Source of the DNA: a virus
Lineage: Duplodnaviria > Heunggongvirae > Uroviricota > Caudoviricetes
Virus record (IMG/VR): IMGVR_UViG_3300025162_001855
Strand: one strand, 5' to 3'
Length of the DNA stretch: 64,000 nucleotides
Under the pieces are notes generated by a model, which was not told the DNA's origin, made no database searches, and saw nothing but the letters and a program-made list of their open reading frames with translations. The position numbers and the translations under genes are program-made. Shown here piece by piece: positions 56,233 through 64,000 of the stretch. The first letter of the stretch is position 1. Every line of letters begins with the position of its first letter.

Positions 56233-56652
56233 TTACGCCACCACCTCGTACGGCTTGTCCCACTTGCCCACGTGGAGGTCAACGTACCAGCCCACATCAA
56301 AGTAATCGATCTCCGACCGACTGTTGTCGTGGTTGCCGTCGTTCAGCGCAGCAAACGCCTCGCGCAAGAACTCCTTGGCCTTGCCATTGAAGTGGTCCTG
56401 GTACCAATACTTGTTGACGTCCAAGTACCGAAGTCCGGCCATATCCTTCATTGTCTGCGACTCACCAACCGTATTGCGGTAGTTGCCGATAAAGTCGATT
56501 GGGCCCGACTTGAGTGTCAAGCAAAGCGTCATGCGGTTGCGCACTGCAATAGTGCCCTTCACGCCGTACTTCTTGAGCACCGCCTTAATCTGGGGTGCGA
56601 GGCGTGCCTTGAGATCCTGACTAACGTATGCCATCTTCATGCCCTCCGGCAA
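56233..56652 (-). CDS. hypothetical protein
   Basis: ORF track only. Confidence 0.4.
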   Translation of the reverse strand: MPEGMKMAYVSQDLKARLAPQIKAVLKKYGVKGTIAVRNRMTLCLTLKSGPIDFIGNYRNTVGESQTMKDMAGLRYLDVNKYWYQDHFNGKAKEFLREAFAALNDGNHDNSRSEIDYFDVGWYVDLHVGKWDKPYEVVA

Positions 56653-56831
56653 TCATCATAACCAGCAACGCGAACCACATACGACTTCTGCTCCGTCTTA
56701 CAAAACGGGCAGTCGAAAGTCACATGGTCCGCACCATTCATCGCTTCTTCAACATTCTTGATCTTGAAGTCCGCAGTATGCACGGGCTCGCTGCAAGTCT
56801 CGCACCAAGCCTCATAGTGTCCAGTACCCAT
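56637..56831 (-). CDS. small zinc-ribbon protein
   Basis: Start at MGTGHYEAWCETC; CxxC...CPFC pairs. Confidence 0.3.
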   Translation of the reverse strand: MGTGHYEAWCETCSEPVHTADFKIKNVEEAMNGADHVTFDCPFCKTEQKSYVVRVAGYDDCRRA

Positions 56832-57415
56832 CTTACTTCGCCTCCAGCGCGTCGTTGGCAATATTGTAAATGTCCGCATACGTGTCCGTGTCCGAACCAC
56901 AGAGCTCGTATGGCATATCCTTGATCTTCTGGAGTGCAGCGCGAAGCCGGGCAATTTCTTCCTTCTGCGTTTGGATCGTGTCCATCGTCTTTTCCTTACT
57001 GTCCATGCTCGTAGTATACCCGATTTGGACAAAGAAATCAACTACTAAATGTTCAAAAGAATCAACGACTTATTTGGATTCTACGGTTGTTTTGGCAGCG
57101 TTTCTACGCAATTCTTCAATTGCAGCATGGAATTTGGCCAGGGTATCTTCCCCAACTTGTACACCGGCTCGCGGATCGGTCGAATCAATTGTCAAAGTGG
57201 GCTCTTTACTAGATCCCGTCTTTGGCTTGGCGTGATAGTCATAATATGTGCTCATGCAAAATCTCTCAAAATAAACAGGATGGCTGAGTTTTACTGACTC
57301 AGCAACAGATTCGGTTACTGCCGACCAGTGTTGACGATATAGCCTGTCTCGCGACAGTCGTCACATCAACGCGTCAGTATTTGGTTTGCTGAACTCATCC
57401 TTAGTTTTTTACTTA

Positions 57416-58213
57416 TCAACTATTCATCCACAATCCAAATATTGACCAGAAATCTTTTGGATAGCTTCTGAAACTAACATTGTCGACATCCAATAATGCA
57501 CCCGAGTATAAATCAATCTTGTTCGCTCTGCGGAAATCAATTGTAGTCGGATTTTTGTTTTCCGGCACATTCAATTCCTGGTGGGCAAAACTTTCAATTT
57601 TACTAATCGTATCCCCGGCAATACCAAAGTTCGAAAGGTGCCACCCACTGTTTAGTAACTGTTCTCTAGAATCCCATGTATGACGCAAATTGGTCAACGT
57701 CATGTACCTTAGATCCTGCACCCTTGCTGCAAATGGTCCGTTCCAAGCATTCTTGCCGGCCCATAGAAGATTGTAGTGCAGCAATACCATCGACAAGGAA
57801 ATAGGGATTCCCATAGTCTTGAGTTTGGAGATTATATCCCTGTTTGGAATTTCATCGAGATCCGAACATATCACAATATCGCTATCTTCGAAGAACTTGA
57901 GTGTCTCCATGGCAAAGTTGCGCTGGTCGTATTCCAACTGCCAATATGGCGACTGTGGATCGTACCCCGAACAAACATATCCATCGAACTGATATTGGTG
58001 CTGCTGAACAATGTATGGCGTATAGATAATCTTGTCTCTATACGGTTCAAACATCTTGTAGTTTGCCAGATAGTTCAATTGCTTTACTTTACCCGAAAAG
58101 GTATAGTTACTCTCTACGATTACGAATTTGTCAACGTAATCGTAGAGGTATTTGAGCCGCTTTTCTAAAAGAACTAACTCGTTATTGAGTAGTGTGCAAT
58201 CAATAACACTCAT
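57416..58213 (-). CDS. GT17-like glycosyltransferase (paralog 3)
   Basis: Start at MSVIDCTLLNNELVLLEKRLKYLYD, homologous to the N-termini of 12587 and 13369; WHLSNFG block. Confidence 0.5.
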   Translation of the reverse strand: MSVIDCTLLNNELVLLEKRLKYLYDYVDKFVIVESNYTFSGKVKQLNYLANYKMFEPYRDKIIYTPYIVQQHQYQFDGYVCSGYDPQSPYWQLEYDQRNFAMETLKFFEDSDIVICSDLDEIPNRDIISKLKTMGIPISLSMVLLHYNLLWAGKNAWNGPFAARVQDLRYMTLTNLRHTWDSREQLLNSGWHLSNFGIAGDTISKIESFAHQELNVPENKNPTTIDFRRANKIDLYSGALLDVDNVSFRSYPKDFWSIFGLWMNS

Positions 58214-58512
58214 TCTTCCACCGGAACGTACACTTCGCGGCATTCGCGACGAACGTGTTCGTAGCCATTGTAGTCATAAAACACTACATCGCGGCATTCC
58301 ATTACACGACGCATCGGTGGCTGATATTCCCGACTGCGCTCGGATTCGTGTACAATGATGCCACCAAGGATAGCACCACCAATTAGCCAGCCGAGATCGT
58401 GTCCATGACGTTCACCATGAAACTCCCTGTGCTCGCCACGATGTTCGTCGGCTTTCACCACACCCGAAAATGTGAATGCTGCCAACATAACCGCAAGTAA
58501 AATTTTCTTCAT
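58210..58512 (-). CDS. secreted His/Glu-rich small protein
   Basis: Signal peptide MKKILLAVMLAAFTFSGVVKA followed by DEHRGEHREFHGERHGHD. Confidence 0.4.
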   Translation of the reverse strand: MKKILLAVMLAAFTFSGVVKADEHRGEHREFHGERHGHDLGWLIGGAILGGIIVHESERSREYQPPMRRVMECRDVVFYDYNGYEHVRRECREVYVPVEE

Positions 58513-58520
58513 AAAAACTC

Positions 58521-59354
58521 CTATACTGTAAATGTAAACGCCGGCTCAAACGTCTCGTTGACTTGATATCCAGCGTATCCGCGTGGATTGCACATCACCC
58601 TGCAATCTCCAATCGGGTAGTCCATACTGTCATGAACATGCCCATGCACCCAATGCGTAATCTGCTTGTGGTTTAGAATAAATTCCGACAACTCGGTGAT
58701 GTACGCATAGTTGGTCAAATTTTCACCCTTACCCCAAACTGGATGACTTGATTCCATTGATGGCGCGTGGTGCGACATCACAATGAATTGATCGTCGGCG
58801 TGTTGATGCAACGCATCCGTTAGCCGCGCCATAGCAGCACGATGGAACCCAACCGTATCCAATGGTGTCATTCGACGCTTGCGTGACCCATATGGTCCGT
58901 TTAGCGCCGCAAGATCCGGATACCGTTCGATAACGTGAAAATCACTCATGTAGTTGTCCACGGCCTTTTTAACGAACCAATCATCGTTTCGGAGATCGGT
59001 CCACATTGTGGCACCAAACACACGAAGCCCGGGACGCAATACAGCATCCTGACTTTGCAGCAAGGTGACATTTGTACCTTTGAGGAAGTCCCTAAGAATT
59101 GTCTCACAATCCTCATAGTACCCGTGATAGTATTCGTGGTTGCCGGGCGTGTAGAAAACGCGCTCATACTTGTCGCATTCCTCAAAGAAGAATTGCTTGC
59201 ATACTCGCTGGTGGTTACGCGCTTCTGCATCGGTGCGAAGTGGTCGTAGAAAGTCTGCAACGCAAATGTCACCTGCGAGCAGTAAAGTTTCACCACCCGG
59301 AAGTTCAATTGGTTCGAACTCAAGATGGAGATCATCCAAAAGCGAAATGTTCAT
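58521..59354 (-). CDS. calcineurin-like metallophosphoesterase
   Basis: LLLAGDI, GNHEYY and HHAP...HGHVHD blocks in the translation. Confidence 0.55.
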   Translation of the reverse strand: MNISLLDDLHLEFEPIELPGGETLLLAGDICVADFLRPLRTDAEARNHQRVCKQFFFEECDKYERVFYTPGNHEYYHGYYEDCETILRDFLKGTNVTLLQSQDAVLRPGLRVFGATMWTDLRNDDWFVKKAVDNYMSDFHVIERYPDLAALNGPYGSRKRRMTPLDTVGFHRAAMARLTDALHQHADDQFIVMSHHAPSMESSHPVWGKGENLTNYAYITELSEFILNHKQITHWVHGHVHDSMDYPIGDCRVMCNPRGYAGYQVNETFEPAFTFTV

Positions 59355-59415
59355 GCGATTCCCAAAGTATTATCAACAGCACATTATATAACACTTTGAC
59401 ACAGGGTGTCAAGTA

Positions 59416-60069
59416 TTACTTGCTGATGTTGCGCCTTGCCTTTTGGTCGGCTATCCATTTTGTAGCAGCCGGACGATTTGGGGGCGTGCGGACAAACTTG
59501 TCCAATTCTTTTCCGTAATAAGACAGATCTGGATACTCCTCACCGCTGTTGTCCACGATGAGTAGCTTGTTGCCAAATATGCGCTGAAGATCGCCCAAGT
59601 TGTCATTGACCTCTTGGTGCATCTGTTTCACCAAACTCGGATCAACTCTTCTGGTGCGGAGCTCGTTGCGGGTGATTGCGGTCTTGAGGTCGGTGTTAAC
59701 GAAAATGGCCATTGTCTCATAACCCAAATCTTCGAGTAATTTTTTGGTTTGCTTCAAACGATCGATCTTGCGACCGGTACCATCGATAATCATACCCAAT
59801 CGATGTTGTAAAAAGAGTTCAAATCTCTTGTCGGTTTTGTTACCGGCGTGCCAATATAGTTCCTTGGCGTAGTTACCGGTGATACCGGCTTTGGACATGA
59901 GTAGGGTATAGAAACGATCAATATCAACTGTACGCAACCCGGTGCCACCAAGTAGCTTATTGGCTATGGTTGTCTTACCCGATCCCGGACCACCAAGAGT
60001 AAACACGGCCTTGAATATGCCCGGATCATTTATACCTTCGATTAAGTTAGCCCCAGTCATCATAGTCAT
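59416..60069 (-). CDS. P-loop kinase (zeta-toxin/Pnk-like NTPase fold)
   Basis: Walker A GGPGSGKTT and IIDGTG block; start chosen at an internal Met to limit overlap with the upstream gene. Confidence 0.45.
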   Translation of the reverse strand: MTMMTGANLIEGINDPGIFKAVFTLGGPGSGKTTIANKLLGGTGLRTVDIDRFYTLLMSKAGITGNYAKELYWHAGNKTDKRFELFLQHRLGMIIDGTGRKIDRLKQTKKLLEDLGYETMAIFVNTDLKTAITRNELRTRRVDPSLVKQMHQEVNDNLGDLQRIFGNKLLIVDNSGEEYPDLSYYGKELDKFVRTPPNRPAATKWIADQKARRNISK

Positions 60070-60967
60070 CCATCCAGTCAATAAAATTTGCGTCCGGTTT
60101 CCCACCATTAAGCATTGGAATAATCATATCGTCGTACATAGAATCGTCAATGTATATAGCCGAATTGCACTGAATCATAATTTCGTGCCCGGATTTAATT
60201 GCCTTAGGCAAACCCATATCAACCAAGATGTACTTCTTAACTGCTGGCACACTAAAGAATTCTTCGCCGGGCAACTTGCGCATCTTGGCGGCTTCTCTTC
60301 TATAATATAGTTGTCGGGTATCTAACCATCTTCTCTTATTGGCTTGTTTGGAAAAATTCTTGAGTTCCTGGAAATATTTTTTGGCATTGGGATCTTTTTC
60401 CCGTCGGGCTTTTGTGGCCTTGTCGTCGAGCTTGTCAATTAACGCCATATACTCGTCGCGTGCCGCGCGGAAATCATCGTCGGCCTTTAGATACACTTTG
60501 GCAATTTTTGAATTTAAGAAATAGTTCCAGGCACCCATCTCGGTTGAATCATTGGTCCAATCGCGCCACCGTGTGTTCCATGTGTAATGGAACTTACCCT
60601 GTGGGATTACTACCCATGTTTTCCCAAATGTTTCTGCTAGAGATTCGTCGCCGGTAACAAACATTGAATTGTTTCTATTGGCAATACCCCCAGCAACTGC
60701 AATCAGTTTATTGAACATTTCGTGCTGTGAGGCATCGGAATCTTTTGGCCTACGATTGTCACGAACTGCACGAATATATGCATAGTTATTATCACCAGCA
60801 TCCGAACCGCGATACACTCCTATCTTTCCATTATCTGTTTGATTCAACCATGGACGGGCAGTTTTTTTGATCAACGCAACAAGTTTGGATGCGGCTTCGT
60901 GAGCTTTCTTTTTTGTAAGGCCACCAATAACCTTCTGCGGAGCGTAGCTGATTTCGTTGAGCTTCAT
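60047..60967 (-). CDS. member A of the tandem paralogous family (306 aa)
   Basis: VYRGSDAGD...RNNSMFVTGDESLAETFGKTWVVIPQGKFHYTWNT core shared with 60972, 61694, 62439 and 22891. Confidence 0.5.
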   Translation of the reverse strand: MKLNEISYAPQKVIGGLTKKKAHEAASKLVALIKKTARPWLNQTDNGKIGVYRGSDAGDNNYAYIRAVRDNRRPKDSDASQHEMFNKLIAVAGGIANRNNSMFVTGDESLAETFGKTWVVIPQGKFHYTWNTRWRDWTNDSTEMGAWNYFLNSKIAKVYLKADDDFRAARDEYMALIDKLDDKATKARREKDPNAKKYFQELKNFSKQANKRRWLDTRQLYYRREAAKMRKLPGEEFFSVPAVKKYILVDMGLPKAIKSGHEIMIQCNSAIYIDDSMYDDMIIPMLNGGKPDANFIDWMDDYDDWG

Positions 60968-60971
60968 GTTA

Positions 60972-61697
60972 TTATTTAGCTTTACCCGTCAACAACGGTT
61001 GCACATAGTCTTTGTAAAAATATGCATTGATGAACAGCGTTTTTTCACACTTCACCATAATTTCGGTGCCCTTCTTAAGAGCAACAGATAGTCCAGTGTC
61101 GGCCTGTATTACCTTGGGGACTTTCTTTGGATCATAATTCTTGGCCTGTAATGTTAGTTTCTCTAACATTGCCGATAATTCGAACGGACCCAATGGTTTT
61201 TTATAAATTGTCTTTACAATTGCCGGGTTCAAAAAACTAATCAACTTATCGTACTTCAGTTTGTTCGTCCAATCCTTTGCTACTGGGGACCAAGTATAAT
61301 TGTATGCACCCAAAGGAATTACCACAAATATATTTCCGTAGAATCCAGCCATTGTGTGATCCGAGGTAAGAAATATACTGTTTGATCTATTGGCTATACC
61401 ACCACCGGCGGCAATCAAAGCATTAAATGCCTTATGTCTAAATGATCCAGTATCCCGGGGTTTACGGTCGAGTCGTGTTTTTCGAACAAATGCCACCGGG
61501 ACCTCGTCATTAAAGTGTACGCCACGGTACACGCGCACCCCCTTAGTAGCCTCGAACCAAATGCTACCTTGCTTTAAAATTTGGGCTGCAATGAGTTCGG
61601 CCTTGCGTTCTATATCTTCGTGTTTAAGGGGGTTTGTTACTTGTTTTAGGCCATATGGACCCTTGGCAGTTGTTGGTGATATTTCATTAATTTTCAT
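60972..61697 (-). CDS. member B of the tandem paralogous family (241 aa)
   Basis: VYRGVHFND...RSNSIFLTSDHTMAGFYGNIFVVIPLGAYNYTWSP core. Confidence 0.5.
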   Translation of the reverse strand: MKINEISPTTAKGPYGLKQVTNPLKHEDIERKAELIAAQILKQGSIWFEATKGVRVYRGVHFNDEVPVAFVRKTRLDRKPRDTGSFRHKAFNALIAAGGGIANRSNSIFLTSDHTMAGFYGNIFVVIPLGAYNYTWSPVAKDWTNKLKYDKLISFLNPAIVKTIYKKPLGPFELSAMLEKLTLQAKNYDPKKVPKVIQADTGLSVALKKGTEIMVKCEKTLFINAYFYKDYVQPLLTGKAK

Positions 61698-62442
61698 ACT
61701 GCGGACCTTCGTAATTCGGCTTGCACCCCGGCGGTTTTATACATTTCTTCGGAGACATACACCGCAGCATCACACTTGATCATTACTTCGTGATTGGTGT
61801 GTAAAGCATTTTGCAGGCCGGTGTTAATATCAAAAAGGTTTTTAACTTTAGCCAGGTCATATGTCTTTGGATCGTCAAGTGGGGCCAAATATATGTAGCC
61901 ACCATGACTGTGCTTCTCGACAAAACGCTTCTTTGTATACCTTGCAAGCTCGTCGGCTTTCAACATGAGAAGATCTTCATATGGTGGGCTCCACGCATAT
62001 TCAAAATTACCAATTGGGAAGATGGCATACCTATCACCGTAATAACCAGCGGAGCCATAGTCACCAACAAATATGCTATTCGACCGAGTAACTGGCGATT
62101 TGATTAACGATAGCATTGCATTAAAGGCATTGTGCATTTCCATCGATGATCCAAGTGGCAGTCTATCCGGTCTAGTCTTTCTGACAAAGACATGACCAGT
62201 TGGCCTTGTGTATTAATACCACGCCATGCAGTAACACCGCCGCTGCCGCCGTTACCGGTTAATTTGATCCAACGTGCGCAATGTGTTCGCAAATAATGTA
62301 CCACCAAACCAGCATAGTGACTCAATGGCAGTGAGGGATCAAAATCTATTTCTGGAACGGACTGTGGCTTATATGGTGTGGAGTCTGTGGCCTTCTTGGC
62401 TCTCTCGATTGGGCCGTCTTCAAATAGTTCCATTATCTTCAC
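61694..62442 (-). pseudogene. member C of the paralogous family, frameshifted
   Basis: ORF 62104-62442 carries the N-terminal AWRG...ERLDRID region and ORF 61694-62143 carries the HNAFNAML...RSNSIFVGDYGS...FPIGNFEYAWSP core in another frame; together they span the length of member B. Confidence 0.45.
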
Positions 62443-63320
62443 AGTATCAAATCTCTTACATATTGACCATAAAAGGTTTTGTTGATGTACAAAATATCCG
62501 ATCCGGAAATCATAACCTCGTGCCTACTCTGAATAGCATCGGCAAGGTAACGGTCGACAATAATGGATTGCTTGAGTTTATCCAAGTCATATACTTCGGG
62601 CTTTAAAATGTTCGGCGAATCATAATTCAAACTTGCCATTGCCCTAGCAATTTCGACACCCCTTGGTCCTTTAAGGTTCTCGATATCTTTCTTAAGATTG
62701 TTAATGCGGTTTATCGACGGGCCGCCGGCGTACTGTATGCGCTCTAATTCCCTAGAATATTTTGCAATCTCGATTTCAATCCATTCTTGCACCTCTTCAT
62801 CGCTCATCTCTTTATATTCTGGTTTCATCAGATGTCGCATCTGAGTATTCTTGAAGTTAATGGTCCAGTCATCAAAATATGGACTCCATGTATAATGGAA
62901 ATTGCCAATTGGGAATACTGTGAACGTATCACCATATTCGGTTGTTGATACTGTGCTGCTGGTGCAAAATGCCGCGTTGGATCTGTTGGCTGTACCACCG
63001 GCTAGCTTGATGAGCATGTTGAATGCATTGTGTCTGAATTTTTCAGTATCGCGGGGTTCACGATCTGTTCTAACATCCCGAATGAACGCAACTGCACCAC
63101 CAGTGTGTCGCACACCACGATATAGTGTTTGATCATGCGGATTGACATCGGCGAGATATGGTTTGCAATTTTTGTTAATGAATGCTGCAAGGCCCGCTGC
63201 TACCTTCTGGGCATCTTCGAAGTGCATAAGGCGGTTAATGCCGACAAGCAAGTCGTCGGCAAACGGGACTCCGGGTACAGCCTTGTTTTCGGCTTCTATT
63301 AAGAATTCCGAGGCTCTCAT
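62439..63320 (-). CDS. member D of the tandem paralogous family (293 aa)
   Basis: LYRGVRHTG...RSNAAFCTSSTVSTTEYGDTFTVFPIGNFHYTWSP core. Confidence 0.5.
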   Translation of the reverse strand: MRASEFLIEAENKAVPGVPFADDLLVGINRLMHFEDAQKVAAGLAAFINKNCKPYLADVNPHDQTLYRGVRHTGGAVAFIRDVRTDREPRDTEKFRHNAFNMLIKLAGGTANRSNAAFCTSSTVSTTEYGDTFTVFPIGNFHYTWSPYFDDWTINFKNTQMRHLMKPEYKEMSDEEVQEWIEIEIAKYSRELERIQYAGGPSINRINNLKKDIENLKGPRGVEIARAMASLNYDSPNILKPEVYDLDKLKQSIIVDRYLADAIQSRHEVMISGSDILYINKTFYGQYVRDLIL

Positions 63321-63335
63321 TCAAGAACCCCAAAA

Positions 63336-63659
63336 TTAGCGGCGGCGCTTCCTTGTGGGTCCAACTGCCCAAAATTGGCGGGATCCTGCACTGCGCGACA
63401 TTGGATCTCTTGTGAGTTTGATACCTGCATCATTCTTTATCTCAGTTCTTTTATTTACCACTTTCTTCTTCTTGAACTGTGCTAAAGACTTTGCTTCCGC
63501 GAGCGTTTTGATCGGGTGATTGTTGAGGTAAACTTCCCCAAGCACCATGCCCCATTGTCCGTGCAATGTTTCAACACTCCAGCCAGTGAAATTGAATACC
63601 TCAATTTTGGCTGCTTCGAGCATTGCCCGCAAATCAACGAGACAGTTGATTCCCTTCAT
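63336..63659 (-). CDS. hypothetical protein
   Basis: ORF track only. Confidence 0.35.
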   Translation of the reverse strand: MKGINCLVDLRAMLEAAKIEVFNFTGWSVETLHGQWGMVLGEVYLNNHPIKTLAEAKSLAQFKKKKVVNKRTEIKNDAGIKLTRDPMSRSAGSRQFWAVGPTRKRRR

Positions 63660-63661
63660 AG

Positions 63662-63883
63662 CTAGATATTTCTATCCTTGTTGAGATAGTAGTTGAGCAG
63701 CATATCACGGCACATTGTTGCTGCCGAAGCATATGGCTGCATCACAATAAATGGGCACGGTTCGCCCCATCCACCGGAAGTAAGAAAGAACTTGACCTTC
63801 CTTCGATGTTCCTTGTTGTTCGGGTCAAACATAACCGTGTTCGTGGCTCTATACATATGAAATGGTTTCAACACTGCGTTCAT
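63662..63883 (-). CDS. small hypothetical protein
   Basis: ORF track only. Confidence 0.3.
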   Translation of the reverse strand: MNAVLKPFHMYRATNTVMFDPNNKEHRRKVKFFLTSGGWGEPCPFIVMQPYASAATMCRDMLLNYYLNKDRNI

Positions 63884-64000
63884 TGGACATTGTATCCGTA
63901 TTGCTTAACACTTTCGTACTATAGCAGGAAAATTGGATACTGTCAATGAATTCGGTTCATCAACCGGGCAAGCGCCAATTCTCCCTGAATTTCGTTGTCC

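Noticed and set aside
22891-63320. Calling the five-member paralog family ADP-ribosyltransferases
   Set aside because: YRG and T-S-S resemble the R and STS regions, but the spacing to the third region is short and no conserved Q/E-x-E is present; kept as a speculative note only.
1-64000. CRISPR arrays or integrase/attachment-site signatures
   Set aside because: No regularly spaced direct repeats with unique spacers and no recombinase-like ORF were seen.

Overview
The window reads as an accessory region of a large, low-GC (roughly 40%) lytic phage genome of T4-like or KVP40-like character. Almost everything is on the minus strand.

The first ~22 kb is a tRNA island. I hand-folded at least 38 tRNA genes, all on the minus strand; one folds with up to two stem mismatches. 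Several more tRNA fragments and tRNA-like elements sit among them. Eight freestanding HNH or C2HC-zinc-finger nuclease genes of homing-endonuclease type are interleaved with the tRNAs. There are also three ORF-poor, structure-rich stretches that look non-coding (380-900, 20250-21230, 21540-22500).

The remainder (22.5-64 kb) is a dense run of mostly minus-strand genes. The ones I can name, by family:
- a tRNA repair set: an RnlA-like RNA ligase, a kinase-only polynucleotide kinase, a separate protein phosphatase, and a second KxDG ligase;
- an NAD salvage pair: NAMPT (NadV-like) and a bifunctional NMNAT-Nudix (NatV-like);
- a small (p)ppGpp hydrolase (SpoT-like HD domain);
- a SpoU/TrmH RNA 2'-O-methyltransferase;
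- envelope-glycan enzymes: three GT17-like glycosyltransferases, a GT4, a GT-B, a TylF-like methyltransferase, a GmhB-like HAD phosphatase and an LpxH-like phosphoesterase;
- a band-7/SPFH protein, a lytic transglycosylase, a type IV pilin-like protein, and a Lom/Ail-like outer-membrane protein that carries a frameshift.

Observations that stood out:
- A five-member paralogous family of unknown function: one large copy at 22891-24099 and a tandem array at 60047-63320 with one frameshifted member.
- Three class-I tRNAs carrying leucine anticodons, and an Asn-anticodon tRNA in a Tyr-like class-II body.
- A promoter plus upstream palindrome cassette conserved at four sites.
- A vWA/TROVE-like gene that appears to be split by an inserted HNH gene.
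- A GC-rich island at about 42.3-45.1 kb.

I found no CRISPR array. All anticodon, motif and family calls come from reading the sequence by eye, with no database search, and should be checked with tRNAscan-SE/ARAGORN, Infernal and HMM searches.
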